Below, piece by piece: positions 14,760 through 27,648 of a stretch of DNA of 64,000 nt (position 1 is its first letter; each line of letters begins with the position of its first letter). This DNA comes from Mytilus edulis (taxonomy: Eukaryota): NCBI RefSeq assembly GCF_963676685.1, contig NC_092354.1:49352001-49416000 (forward strand), given 5' to 3'. The notes beneath the pieces were generated by a model that had not been told where the DNA came from, did not search any database, and saw only the letters and a list, made by a program, of their open reading frames with translations. The position numbers and the translations under genes are program-made.

Positions 14760-14774
14760 ATGGCAATACGAATG
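14760..14774 (+). CDS. Gene A putative first coding exon (MAIRM)
   Basis: ATGGCAATACGAATG|gtaggc. The upstream context gaatgtaaaacagggaaat...agtatatac matches 44414-44466 (MASKM|gtaggt) and 49017-49063. Confidence 0.5.
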
Positions 14775-15927
14775 GTAGGCTGTTATTAATTATCTTATTA
14801 TTTCGTTTTTGATCTTCATATTTTCCAAACATTTCTTATTACACAAACAACTTTGGGTAGTTTTCGTGTTTACGGTTTAAAATGTCGGCATAAGTTTTAT
14901 TGATATCAATAGAGATCTTTCAAATCACGAAACATGTAAGTAAACATTCTACAGGGTAACATGCATGTAGATACAATCACTTTTGTTCTTCATGTATTAA
15001 AAGTATCCATTTACATAGACTTTCTGGCGTACAAGGCTTATGCAGTTTGTGTTATCGTAGGTTTAAATCCCAACAGTATATACTGGTTTGTGTTTTGAAC
15101 GTACTTCACATGTTTACCTTACATGTGAAATCTTGTTATATATCTTGAAGTTAAACCAGACATTTGATTTATGAACAAAACATGCGTTTGTTATAATTGA
15201 TTCAATAATTTATAGATAATATCTAGTTAAGGCTTGGTGACAGTACTGTTTATACAATTTGGAAATCAATCAAAACACTGTAGATGCTGTACCGAACAGA
15301 TACAAAAAACAGTTAATGAGATGTTTTCATCCTTACATCCATTCAACATCAGTCCAACTGAAATGTATATTATATATATATTAATGACTGAGTTACGTCC
15401 AGTAACAAATATGAATACATTCATTGAGCAAACACTTGTGAATGCACTGTTACAAAAGCCAGATTTTATCTAGACCAACAATTGTATTACAGAATTCGTT
15501 ATGTATAACCCACACGGTAAACAAATACGAAATGTACATTTAATTAAATAATCGAAAAGAGTAAGCAAGAGTGGTGTTTGGATGCAAATACGTTTTTTTC
15601 AACCGAAAGATGTTTTAAGACTCTAACGTTATAGAGTATAATGATATAGTCCACATAAGGTCACGTCTTTCACCCAACTATAATTTTCTAACTTGGTGTA
15701 ACTTCTTTTTGTAAAATTATTTGCAGAAAGGCAGTTTTGTGTATGCCAAAATTAAAACACTAGACCACCCGACCCCAAAGTTATAAATAACTTATCGTAA
15801 CGATCAATTAACTAATATTGAAATTACTGCAATACTTTTTATACCAACGATAATGATTCGCAAGCATGATTTTCATTCTTATTCATTTGAAAGTTGATTT
15901 TTTCAAAAATCATTCATTCTATTTCAG

Positions 15928-16189
15928 ACCAATCCGTACAGACAGATTCAAGTTTAATTTTTACAACGGAAATGACATCGATAAATCTGACATTTCAAAA
16001 TTTATTCCAAGAGCTTTATTTCCAAATATCTGGAACAGCATTTTTCTAGCTTCTCAGCGGAAAAATACAACATTGTAATACGTCCAGATATTTTAAAAGT
16101 TTCCATAATAAATGTAACAGCAAGTGACATAGGATCTTACTGGATAGACAATTGGATTGGTACATATGAAATAATGCTTAACATCTCTG
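15928..16189 (+). pseudogene. Gene A Ig-like domain 1 exon, +1 frameshift
   Basis: tttcag|...|gtatgt, 262 nt. Removing one T at 15993-15995 gives DQSVQTDSSLIFTTEMTSINLTFKIYS...EKYNIVIRPDILKVSIINVTASDIGSYWI...LNIS, colinear with gene B 51200-51475. Confidence 0.8.
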
Positions 16190-17904
16190 GTATGTTGATC
16201 ATTACGTGCATACATTTGATTGGTGTTAGCTGTGTTTTATAATTGTCGTCAGTTGCAAATATTACATATTACATGGAAAATCAAATTGGCAAATTGTAAG
16301 CTAAATTTTAGACTATGGTTATCACTCCTTATTTTGGTTTTTTATATATAATTATAAAAGATAGCGTATGATCTGGTTCCTTAAAATTGAACATCAAAAT
16401 GTATAGATACCTCTAAAGCAAAATTATGCATCTGTTCACACAGTATAGAGGAAAGTATTCCATCTGTTTCTTTCGGCACATTTATGATATATGGAAGCCA
16501 AAATAAAACGTGAACTTTTCACACTAATGTGATTTTTTTTATATTAGAAGTACCAGAAACTGATAGACTTGAATATTTACTCTTATTTTGCCACTTTTGG
16601 GTTTTTACCTATACACAGATTTTAATGTGGTTGTCTTCAAGTTCTGTCAAAATAAAACAATGTTGTTATTTATGTCTGCATTTATTTATACATATCTTTA
16701 ATGGTTGTTTTTTCAAAGTGTTTTTTTTTTTTTTTATTATATTATTTGATTATAAAACACTTACTACTATTGGCTTATAAATTTTATATTTGAGGACAGA
16801 GTGAGTCGATTAACTCATAAAACATATTTTAGGATTTGAAGACGCAACAGTCAGCCTTCTAATTTTTATTTGCGTGAATCAGTTGGAAAGAAAAAATATA
16901 GTAGAAAAAATGTATTTAATAAATGTTAAAAAATGTAATTTAAACGACCTCATGATTGTTATATTTTATAGATTCTTGCACTTTTTTATATATGAAAGAG
17001 CTTAATCTATAATCAAAGGAATATATTTTGAACTGCATTCCATTGTGGTATGGGTACAGTAAGCGTAATATCACCACATGTACCAGACATGTAATCAGAA
17101 AATTTTCGAAAACTACTCATGAATCAGCCTATTTTGATCGATACCTCTTCGCTAAACATACAGACGTATTATTATTAATGAAATGAATTATGGCTGCTTC
17201 AGACATTGGACCAACAATTCATGTTATTTATCTATCAGTATTTCAAATATAACTAAGAGCTAAGTTATTAGCATTGCAAGAAATAAGCAAATCATCTTTG
17301 GAGACAAATTGTGTGTTTTGCCATGCCGATGGCAGACAAGATACAGAAGAGGCAAGGAACATGTCGACTCCGGTACTTGTGGAGTACTCTGAAGGAACAC
17401 TGCACAGTATTTAAAAGAAATAAAAACATTCGAAAGGCTTCTGTGGAACCCAGTGTCTCACCTACTTTTGTTGTTAGTCGCAGTTTGAATAAAATGGGGA
17501 AACTATTTCATTCAGATACAATATTGTTTGATTGTAAGAATCTTTTGTCCATATTTGGTTACAATCCAGGATGGGTTATGAATATAAATAATGTTTTACA
17601 AAATGTAACTGCAGATTTATGTAATGTTAACTGAAAAAAAATAAGTCTATTTTTAAGTAATATACGAAAAACAGGAAATATATTTTACAAATGATTTCAA
17701 GATACATGCTTTAGATCATAAACAAACTTTTACAAATCAAGGATAGTTTGAGAGAGTTATTCAATTTTTTAAAACTTTAACCACTGAGTAAATGTTATAT
17801 GTTAATTAGTAGAAAATAAACTTAGTTCGATCAGAGAACAGCTCAATACCTACAATGGGTTTTCAGTACAGTGAGAGATTTTCGCACCAAGAGGTGGGCT
17901 TCAT

Positions 17905-18870
17905 ATAAAAAAGAAGATGTGGTATGATTGCCAATGAGACAACTCTCCACAAGAGACCAAATGACACAGAAATAAACAAATATAGGTCATCGTACGGCCT
18001 TCATCAATGAGCAAATCACATATCGCATAGTCATCTATAAAAAACACCGAAATGACAATGTAAAACAATTCAAAGGAGAAAACTAACGGCCTAACAAAAA
18101 AATTACGAAAAACAAATATGTGACACATAAACAAACGACAACCACTGATTTACAAGTTCCTGACTTGAGACAGGCACATACACACAGAACGTGGCGGTGT
18201 TAAACATGTTAGCGGGATCTCAAACCCCCCCCCCCTAATCCGGGACAGCGGTGTAACATTACAACATAAGAACGAACTATAAAAATCAGCTGAAAAAGGC
18301 TGCAAATGTTTGCACCTGTCCCAAGTCAGGAATCTGATGTACAGTAGTTGTCGTATGTTTATGTAATTTATACGTGTTTCTCGTTTCTCGTTTTTTTATA
18401 TAGATTAGACCGTTGGTTTTCCCGTTTGAATGGTTGTACACTAGTAATTTTGGGGCCCTTTATAGCTTGTTGTTCGGTGTGAGCCAAGGCTCCGTGTTGA
18501 AGGGTGTACATTGACCTATAATTGTTTGATTTTTTGGATTGTTGTTTGGATGGAGAGTTGTCTCATTGGTACTCACACCACATCGGCCTAAATCTATTAA
18601 CTCATCAGATGGATAAAAATACAAATACTACAAATACAAGTGAACTTGTACATCCAAACAATAAAATACACTAAGTACATATATCAGAGTACTCGCAGTT
18701 ACTGACAGCTAGTTATAAGCCACTTACAACTACAACAACAAAATCATGCATCTAAGACTAAATTATCAATCAGTACACATCCATCATCCAATGGATTTAT
18801 AGTAAAGTCGTGATAAACAGTCAGACAAAAACATAACCTTGTGCAATGCCAAGATACAGGTATTGACAGA
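17905..18870. repeat. Nested copies of an abundant interspersed repeat (AAGATGTGGTATGATTGCCAATGAGACAACT head); an inverted copy at ~18302-18596 sits inside a forward copy
   Basis: The same head occurs at ~2637, 5610, 38846, 40767 and 42005, and reversed at ~7380-7420 and ~52690-52725. 18302-18596 is the reverse complement of 42005-42290. Confidence 0.7.
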
Positions 18871-19243
18871 ATATCAATGAATGTGTATATGTATATAAAA
18901 AAAATATTTAGTTTGCTTTTAATTTACTGATTACAAAATCAATATTAATACCAATGTAACAATATTGATATAATTACAGTTTTCAATTGTTTACCTTTTA
19001 GAATAAGTTTATTTAAGTATCCATAAGTTTACAAGGATCGTTTCTTAATTTCTTGGCACGGTAAACAATATTTCCCTAAAAAAGGGGAAGTACTATCCCG
19101 TTTGAAATCAGTTTTTTACGGGTACAACCAAGCTTCAAAACCAAAGCTTTTTATCTATGGAGGAATTTTGTAAAGTTTTTCAGTAATTTGTGGTTCTTAA
19201 AGAAAAATGTGGACTAATCATGTATGTTTTTGTTTTGTTATAG

Positions 19244-19507
19244 ATTCGTCCTGTCCATCTTCTCAAATTGGACAAGTATGTGCCATTGTGGGATCGTCAC
19301 CAATACTGAAATTTATACACTATGAGCAGATATTCTATAGTAGATATTACATCCACAGCAGGCTTAGAAAGACACGAAGAGTCAGCAACTTCACAAGGCA
19401 TACAGACATTCAAATTTACAATGTAACCGGTGAAGACGCAGGCTTATACATATTACATGAAATTGATTCGAATAATTCATATTCTCGAATAGCGCTGCAT
19501 GTAGCCA
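19244..19507 (+). CDS. Gene A Ig-like domain 2 exon
   Basis: ttatag|...|gtgagt, 264 nt, open: DSSCPSSQIGQVCAIVGSSPILKF...IQIYNVTGEDAGLYIL...IALHVA (V/I-set DxGxY motif). Confidence 0.85.
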
Positions 19508-20062
19508 GTGAGTACTGTTAATCTTATTGGGTAATTGTATCGTCACTTATTGGTAACATTACTATCTGAAAGCTAGTTGTGTAACACAGTAATGTTTACT
19601 TGTACCTCAAAATACGAAACCGATCATGTTCGTTTTATGAAATTTGTTTTGATAATAGACAGAATTGCTTTATTAAAAACTACAAATATAAGTTTTCTGT
19701 ATAACTTATATCAAGAAACAGAGACATTTAAAATTATATAATAGTAATCGATGTAAGGCGATCTTGATTACCAGGTCTTTATTACTACCACTGGGTCGAT
19801 GCCTCTGCTGGTGGACTATTAGTCCCCGAGGGTATCACCAGCCCAGTAGCCAGTACTTCGGTACTGGCATGAAAATACGGATTTTTTGTGTTATTTAAAT
19901 TTGCTGTTACAAAATATTAGAAATTATTATAAATTAAGGAATGTATCTCCCTCATGCAAAGCTCTGATTCCTTTCACGAATTTGACTATACTTTTTGGAC
20001 CTTTTGGATTATAGCTCTTCATCTTTTATATTAGCTTTGGATTTCAAATATTTTGGCCACGA

Positions 20063-20106
20063 GCATCACTGAAGAGACATATTTTGTCGAAATGCGCATC
20101 TGGTGC
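20063..20106 (+). ncRNA. Type I minimal hammerhead ribozyme, copy 1 (intact)
   Basis: GCAUCA CUGAAGA GACA-uauuu-UGUC GAAA UGCGCA UC^UGGUGC; predicted cleavage after 20100. Confidence 0.88.
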
Positions 20107-20412
20107 AACAAAATTGGTACCGTTGATTTTATTACTACCACTGGGTCGATGCCTCTGCTGGTGGACTATTAGTCCCCGAGGGTATCACCAGCCCAGTAGC
20201 CAGTACTTCGGTACTGGCATGAAAATACGGATTGTTTGTGTTATTTAAATTTGCTGTTACAAAATATTAGAAATTATTATAAATTAAGGAATGTATCTCC
20301 CTCATGCAAAGCTCTGATTCCTTTCACGAATTTGACTATACTTTTTGGACCTTTTGGATTATAGCTCTTCATCTTTTATATAAGCTTTGGATTTCAAATA
20401 TTTTGGCTACGA

Positions 20413-20456
20413 GCATCACTGAAGAGACATATTTTGTCGAAATGCACATTTGGTGC
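20413..20456 (+). ncRNA. Hammerhead ribozyme, copy 2 (stem III palindrome and cleavage base altered)
   Basis: Core intact but GAAA UGCACA UU in place of UGCGCA UC. Confidence 0.75.
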
Positions 20457-20762
20457 AACAAAATTGGTACCGTTGATTTTATTACTACCACTGGGTCGAT
20501 GCCTCTGCTGGTGGACTATTAGTCCCCGAGGGTATCACCAGCCCAGTAGCCAGTACTCCGGTACTGGCATGAAAATACGGATTTTTTGTGTTATTTAAAT
20601 TTGCTGTTACAAAATATTAGAAATTATTAAAAATTAAGGAATGTATCTCCCTCATGAAAAGCTCTGATTCCTTTCACGAATTTGACTATACTTTTTGGAC
20701 CTTTTGGATTATAGCTCTTCATCTTTTATATTAGCTTTGGATTTCAAATCTTTTGGCCACGA

Positions 20763-20806
20763 GCATCACTGAAGAGACATATTTTGTCGAAATGCGCATC
20801 TGGTGC
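20763..20806 (+). ncRNA. Hammerhead ribozyme, copy 3 (intact)
   Basis: Identical to copy 1. Confidence 0.88.
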
Positions 20807-22509
20807 AACACAATTGGTACCGTTGATTTTATTAGTATGGTTACATGTTACGTAAGTGTTAGCAGACCTGTTAACAATTAACGTAAGAGCATGTCTGGTT
20901 CGATCAGACGTGTCCAAATCAAATTTAGCTTTTTGCAGGACCGGTTTCGAAGTTAAAGTAGTAACAGACCTGTTTGCATTTAACATTTTGCAAGTCATAA
21001 AATACAGTCATAGGACCAAATACCCTTTTTAAATTCACTTAATTGTCGTCTCAGTAGCAGGTTACCCATGATCATCACTGATCTACTTTGTTTGGAAATA
21101 ATGTCCAGGAAAATTTTACATTATGAAAAAGTGTTCTAGTCCATGAAATTTTGTCACCTCCTTCTAGGCAATATTTCATTATGAAATTCTGTCCATGACA
21201 ATATTTCACGATGAAATAATGTCCATAAACAATATATTATATGAAATTTTGTCCGACGAACAATATTGCATTAGGGACAATATGTTCACTGTGAAATACT
21301 GTCCATGAAAATATTTCTTAATCAAATTATTAAAAAATAAAAACAGTACATTTCAGAATGCAGAATGCACATTTTTAGATATCTGTAATCATTTTGTAAA
21401 GCAAAAACGTATCATTTGAAACTAGTTTTAATTTTGATGTAAGCTAGATTTAAATTTGCATAGATACTTAATACATTGCTAACAGATTAAAAAATTGTCT
21501 ATTATATGCTCTATTGTAAACATTATACTGTATTGATGCAAGTAATATAATGACATTCCAAAATTGAATGTACTATTTGTATATACAATGTACTAGTATG
21601 GCGAATCTTTTTTGCTGGTATGTCAGAGGTACAGAATAATTGAAATGTCCTTGTTCAATATTTCTATTTCATTTCCACAGATAACCTCCCCTTCATGAGA
21701 CATTTAAAATTTCATAATCAAAATATATCCTTCTTTGGACATAATTTCGTGAATATGGACACTATTTCATGATACATAGTTGTGAAATATTGTCTTGGTG
21801 GACAGTATTCTATTGGACAATATTTTGCTTTACACATCAATCTGTAAGTTATAACCACCGTTACTGTTGACTGCCATTGTTAGTTAACTAACAGACATAA
21901 ATTCAAATAGAGAATCCTAGTACATAATTTAATAAAAGATCAAGAACAGTTCTGTGAACCTGCTTGTTAGAATCCAATGTTCCGAACAATTTGGTTAATG
22001 AAAAAGAAAATATTCGATGCATTTCTTTTGATAATATGCATATTAACAGCAAGGACTTGTAAAAGCTATTTACTGACGTTTTTGTTGTTTTTGTAACTGG
22101 TATTGCCAATATTGTATTCAATCATGTCATACTCTGGACCATGGAAATAGGTGTGAACGGACACTTGTTAAAATTTCAGTAAAATGTCGGCGGTAACTGT
22201 TGAATTGATTAATATTAAAAGATCAGTAGCTACAAGCTTAAATACAGAGATAATGTTGTTATAACTCTCTGACGAAGCGAACAGTTTTACAGCTTCAAGA
22301 AAAATATAGGTTTACAGTAATTTTAAGTGTATAAAAATGTGCAAATAATTTAAAAAGAGACAGAAAACAAAACACCTGAAGAATTAATATTGACGAATGC
22401 CTTTCAATATCAGTCAGATCAGGTACGTTTTTTAGTATGCATGCATCGCCCACAAATGTGTTTTTAGTAAAACTCTGAAAATCAGTACAATATTATGCCG
22501 GTATTCAAA

Positions 22510-23200
22510 ATAGCACAACACAAAGAAAGTAAGTAGGTTTGAGGACAATGCAAAATAGCTAGAAAATTAATGGACTACATAAACCAGGTAAATAGATGTG
22601 TGGAAAATATACGATAATTAGTGGGTGTGATATTAACTTAAACATAGCATATAAATGTTATGACAACAAACACATAGCAAACAGATTATATGAAAAAATA
22701 AACATAGTGAGACAATGTAAGGACGCGATACACGTATTAAATAAATCTTTAGAGACAACACACACATAGATAGTAGATGTAAGTACAACAAAAACATAGT
22801 AATTAAATCATAAGACAGCATAGGCATCGACGTAGATGCACGGACAACAACACAATAGTAAGTAGTTGTGAGGACAACATATACATATATAGCAATTAGA
22901 TATAAAACTACATCACCATAATAAGTGGATGTAAGGACAACACAAATTTAGCTAGTAGATTTATGGACAATAAATACAAAGACAGTGCATGTGTGGAAAA
23001 ACATGCGATAGTTAGTGGATATGGAATTGACATAAATAAAGCATGTATTTTTGAGGACAACATACACATAGAAAGGTGATGAGATGATAACACAAACATT
23101 GTAAGTAGTTGTGTGGACAACATTAACCTAGTGGGAGATGCAAGAATAACACACAAATAGTAGGTAATTGTGAGGACAATACAGATATAGTAAGTAACAT
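22510..23200 (+). repeat. Degenerate ~30-bp minisatellite in the gene A intron before D3
   Basis: Recurrent units resembling GTAAGGACAACATAAACATAGTAAGTAGAT; same family at 54820-54970, 58970-60690 and 62600-62760. Confidence 0.75.
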
Positions 23201-23385
23201 AATCATATTTTAAAAGTACTGTTTTGATTGGACATACGGAAAATATATACACAGAAGGTTCTGCTTTGTTTGGTAGGAGAATATATACGCAGAAGGTCCT
23301 GTTATATAATATTTATTGTTATGATAACATAAAGACAGTCAGTAGAAGTATATTTTTGAAATTACTGTTGGTTTTCTTTTTACAG

Positions 23386-23646
23386 AATTATGGTTCATTA
23401 ATCAAACCAATCTTAAAACAATAGTAGGACAAGAAGGCGAAACAATAAGAATTATTTGTTCCACTGACACTGGACAGTATATTACTGCGTTAACTTTAGA
23501 ATCAAATGGATCAACCAAAGCCATTGGAGATAATCAAACTGTGAGCTATTCGTTTATACCAGACAGAACAGACCATCTCACAACATTTCAATGTGTTGAC
23601 AGTAAACACTCTTCGATAATGATTGAAGTGGAATTAACTATAAGGT
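23386..23646 (+). CDS. Gene A Ig-like domain 3 exon (C2-like, Cys pair)
   Basis: ttacag|...|gtaagt, 261 nt, open: KLWFINQTNLKTIVGQEGETIRIICSTD...DRTDHLTTFQCVDSKHSSIMIEVELTIR. Missed by the ORF track. Confidence 0.9.
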
Positions 23647-24066
23647 GTAAGTCTGTAGCATCATGAGCAAATAGTACTTTTTGTAATCTGACAACAACGT
23701 TAAGATATATTTTTCATGGTAAATTTATCACCAGTGCTTATGTAAACAAAAACAAAATTATCAGGATCGATTTTATCACCGTGTTGTCACGTTATTAGAC
23801 TGAACATTGTTTTTTAAATTTATTTTCCATTCGTGTTTATAAAAGATCCCAATTAGAAATATTGTAATAAGGTATTTCCATTCATATGTGCCATTAAATT
23901 AACAATGGTGAGAACATAAAAGATATTTTGATGTACAAGAATTATAACAGCAACTGATCATATGTAAATTGTATTTGTTTGGTCTCAGTGAAATAAAAAA
24001 TTAATTTTCGAGTCGATTTCAACACTTCTTTGAGATATTCCTACAATTACTAACAATGCATTGTAG

Positions 24067-24341
24067 ATGCTCCTGTAATCAAAGGCCTTTATACGAATGG
24101 AACGATTACATGTGATTGCAATGGCTTTCCAGCAATGTACAGTGTGTACCGGTTAGATCAAACATCAAAGTATGGGGAACTGGTTCGTTCAGTTAAATTG
24201 AATAATCAAACAATCAATATCAAAACGGATCATTTTCCGTACCAGATGAATGGTATATATATATGTGTATCGTTAGTAATGGTGTACCAAGTATCAATGG
24301 AAATGTTCTACATACATGGTCAACACATGTAAAATATGAAG
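24067..24341 (+). pseudogene. Gene A Ig-like domain 4 exon, +2 frameshift in a dinucleotide run
   Basis: ttgtag|...|gtaaaa, 275 nt. YAPVIKGLYTNGTITCDCNGFPA...MNGIYIC; after removing 2 nt at ~24254-24269 it continues IVSNGVPSINGNVLHTWSTHVKYEG. Confidence 0.8.
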
Positions 24342-25529
24342 GTAAAATAAATTTTATTTATACGTTGTATATGTCAAGTTTTTATCAGCCTAAAATCATA
24401 TAAACAATTTCAAATCCAAACATATGTAACAAAATAAAAAAATAATTGTTTCTACATTCTTTATATCTAAGCAGGGAAGTTCTCCAGTGAAAATTGAAAA
24501 CCCCATAACACTCTTCAGTATACTTTACACCCTATATGTTTATAACCAGAGCGTGTCTAACAATGAACTACAACAAGATGATAATGGTAGATTTTGTGGT
24601 TTGTCATGATTGTTTAGTATTCCTATCATTGAAATCCCATCAAAATCACGTAATATTATTATTTAAATTCAATGACATCCAAACCGATTTTATGCTCTTT
24701 ATAAATCATCTGTACATTGTGGATTAGTGTAATAGATATTTAATGCTCATTAAATGTAAGTTATATGTGCGGAGGGTAAACATAAAAATTTACAGCTTCT
24801 TAATAATTTACTGCCCGGCAGATATAAAACAAAATCGCGTACACGTTAAATGTTATCGTTATAGAGTTTCAAACTAAGTTTGAATATAACAGAACAAAAT
24901 GTAGCAAAATTAAAAATAAAAGTATAAATAAAAGACAAAAATAATTGCCAATGCCATATATGGAAGTCATTCACTCTCGCGTGTAGGTTTATCATAGGAT
25001 TATGTTTGTGTAGTTTGTTTCACCTCTTGTTATAATATATTCAGGTGGAAATAATCTAAACACAAGATAATTGTATATGAATTATTTAAACTAATAAAAA
25101 CAACCGTCATATTCCCGACTTGGAACAGGCGTTTTCTGATGAAAAAAAATGGTGTATTTAACCTGGTTGTAAAGCTCTAACTTGTATTGTAGCTGCATAT
25201 AATTCCATTATATTGACAATACTGTGTAAGCTGAAAAGGTGGACATAATTAGTAACAAAAATATTGATACATCAGATAACGTTGTGTTAGGATCTCTTTA
25301 TCCCTTTAAAAGCAATTATTTTATTTCAAAACGAAAAAGCAAATGTCATACATAAACTCTAAAGATCAAGTGCATAAGCTGAAAAGAAAGACAATATTAC
25401 AAAAACACACACAAATACCCTATGGCGGGATGTAAATACAGGGCTACGTCAAAGGTTGTAAAGTGTACACACACTACCCATGTTAACCATATTATTACAA
25501 CGCATGTTAAGAAAACTGAAATATTGAAA

Positions 25530-25830
25530 TGTATCGAGATTGCCTGCAGCTAACGTGTGTTTTGACAATCAATGTCTCCTTAGTTACAAATGTTTATCCG
25601 AGACAAACATATTTAAAAACCCAAAATATATCAAGACAACGAGCTGATAAACAAAAACGTATATACAAATATTAGCAAAGTTGTGAAAGAACAGAGTTTC
25701 GCATAAGAGCGATTTGTACATGATACTTTATGCATTTTCATGTCATTACCGAAGTAATTCCTACTGGGCTGGTGCCAAAATTTTAGACATATAATCCACA
25801 AGCAGAGGTATCGACAAAGTGGTTGTTATA
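25530..25830 (-). repeat. Highly degenerate retrozyme-family copy
   Basis: ccgaagtaattcctactgggctggtg...ccacaagcagaggtatcgacaaagtggttgt is the reverse complement of the 350-bp unit start; decayed hammerhead near 25545-25590. Confidence 0.55.
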
Positions 25831-25971
25831 CCATTTTACAGTACAATTTGTGTTTATCTAGATGCGTATTTAATATTGTTAAATTGACATAACATTGCAT
25901 GCATAATTGATTTTAACGATTTCAAAACATCGTAGAGCATTTTGATTGAAAGACGTTTTCTCTTTTCTGAG

Positions 25972-26307
25972 GTCCACCTGCATTTGCATCAGAAAACAGA
26001 TATATAAAAACTGGAACAATAGGATTCTCAATAACAATGTCGTTTTATACCTACAGTTACCCTGATATCGAAGAAATAGTTATCAAAAATACAGGACAGA
26101 AGTCCACCAAAAGTAACAAATTCAAACATAACAACTTATCTAATTCTACGTTGCTTTACTCAGAGTTCAACAACATCGTCGGAATTGAAGGTTACGAGAT
26201 TGTAATCGAAAGTGAAGTGTTGGACATTGATGATTTCCAGATCTATCGTATAACAATAAAGAATCGCCTAGGTGAAAGCAGTTATCATTTTGCAATTATA
26301 GATACTG
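25972..26307 (+). CDS. Gene A Ig-like domain 5 exon (membrane-proximal, no Cys)
   Basis: 336 nt, open: GPPAFASENR...ITMSFYTYSYPDIEEI...DDFQIYRITIKNRLGESSYHFAIIDT|gtaagc. The acceptor is a weak ttttctgag. Confidence 0.8.
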
Positions 26308-26779
26308 GTAAGCATGGTGAATACACTTCAATTAAGACACCAAAAACATCAATAAAATTGTATAAAAGAAACAGTCAACACATTACGGTATAGAAAACAA
26401 AAGACTGGACAAGACATAGCCACAAGCTTGATAGTAGTATCATATGCGTTAGACGTGTAAGTGTTCTGTCAACACGATTTGCTTGCTCGATATGACACTA
26501 ATGGCAACCCTTATTATATATTATTTTATAAACATGCTACCCCGGTTTTCTTTTGTACAAAACAAGCCTTTTTTTTTTACTATTGTCAATGATATAAGGA
26601 TTTTCTCGTTACTTTTCATGTTTTCTATTAATTTTACATCTATGTCATGATACTTTTTTTTACTATTCAATTTCTTACGTGATCAAAAGTAGACGACAAA
26701 ACGTCTGACAGCTCTTTATATAGGGACTATATAAACTATATATTTTTAACAGATGTGTTTATTAATATATCTATTTCAG

Positions 26780-27208
26780 AGATTCAATCATTGAGCAAAA
26801 ACAACAGGATGTATTTCGTGGTTCTTTGCAGCATAGCTGTGGTTCTTTTTGTTTATGTGGTTATTACTCACGTCTGGTTGTGTGCAAAACATGTTAAGAC
26901 TCGGTTTCAAAGATCTCACAATGTAGTTGACGACCACAATTATCATACGTATGATGAAATTGGCACGATTTCGTATCGCGCTGTCAGCAACTTACGTTCG
27001 TCAGATACCATCGCCAATCACGGCTTGAACTTGACGGAACAGCATGAAGTTGGTATCTCAATTGCTGCAAGTTTGCAATCAACTGATGATAATTTAGCTG
27101 AATTGAATGATGACTTTCGCGAGGATGACTTAGAACAGCATGATTTTACTGAGATCCAAGGAGAAAACGTGTCTCTTTCATTGGGAACTACGAACATTTC
27201 TAATACAG
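26780..27208 (+). CDS. Gene A last exon, 5' part: TM helix and proximal tail (YDEI, ITIM ISYRAV)
   Basis: tttcag| EIQSLSKNNR-MYFVVLCSIAVVLFVYVVITHVWLC-AKHVK...HTYDEIGTISYRAV...; runs into the LTR and stops at TAA 27211-27213. Confidence 0.88.
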
Positions 27209-27551
27209 TGTAACAAAGTTACTTGGATCATCAATATATTCGTAGCAAATTCTTAATCTGTCCAGTGATTGATATACTTACATCGAGGATATGTCAGTCG
27301 AACAATGGAACAATGATTTATCTACTTACCTCGTGATCTTACAAATGACCAATACATTGTGTTATGAAACAATAGAACGCAACACATGTTGCTGATGTCA
27401 GCCGAATGTTTAGATATATAAACTGTGTTGTTTTCTAACCAGGGGGCGACTTGGAGCGACTTCTTCGATGCCACTATACGCACGGTGTCTCTCACATACA
27501 TTGTAAAATAATGTAATAAAGTTTGTCAAATTATCTAGTGTTAGTGTTACA
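27209..27551 (+). repeat. 5' LTR (343 bp)
   Basis: TGTAAC...GTTACA; TATATAAA at 27415-27422 and AATAAA at 27515-27520; first ~62 nt identical to the 3' LTR. Confidence 0.9.
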
Positions 27552-27562
27552 CTAGTAATTTT

Positions 27563-27585
27563 TGGTGCCGCGTGACCAGGATTCG
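27563..27585 (+). promoter_or_regulatory. Primer-binding site complementary to the tRNA-His 3' end (2-nt insertion)
   Basis: TGGTGCCG(CG)TGACCAGGATTCG versus the invertebrate tRNA-His complement TGGTGCCGTGACCAGGATTCG. Confidence 0.8.
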
Positions 27586-27610
27586 TCAACGACGTCTGCT
27601 ACCAATTTTG

Positions 27611-27619
27611 AAGGTATGT
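27611..27619 (+). promoter_or_regulatory. Candidate splice donor for env subgenomic mRNA
   Basis: AAG|GTATGT between the PBS and the gag ATG. Confidence 0.65.
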
Positions 27620-27648
27620 CTTTATTTTGAATTGTTTTGGTGAAAAAA

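Larger units (their letters stand above)
19781..20830 (+). mobile_element. Non-LTR retrozyme array: three near-identical 350-bp units, each with a hammerhead ribozyme
   Basis: Units start at 19781, 20131 and 20481 (ATTACTACCACTGGGTCGATG...), exact 350-bp period; hammerheads at 20063, 20413 and 20763. Confidence 0.9.

Noticed and set aside
19781-20830. CRISPR-like array or plain satellite
   Set aside because: No unique spacers and a eukaryotic context; the hammerhead in each unit identifies it as retrozyme-type.
20835-21835. Repeat fragment resembling 61100-61360 in reverse, and short inverted sub-repeats at 21095-21310 and 21700-21835
   Set aside because: Probably old non-autonomous DNA-element remnants; ends and TSDs could not be defined.
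27548-27565. Match of the LTR-PBS spacer (ACACTAGTAATTTT) to the interspersed repeat at ~18438-18452
   Set aside because: A short AT-rich match that is plausibly chance.
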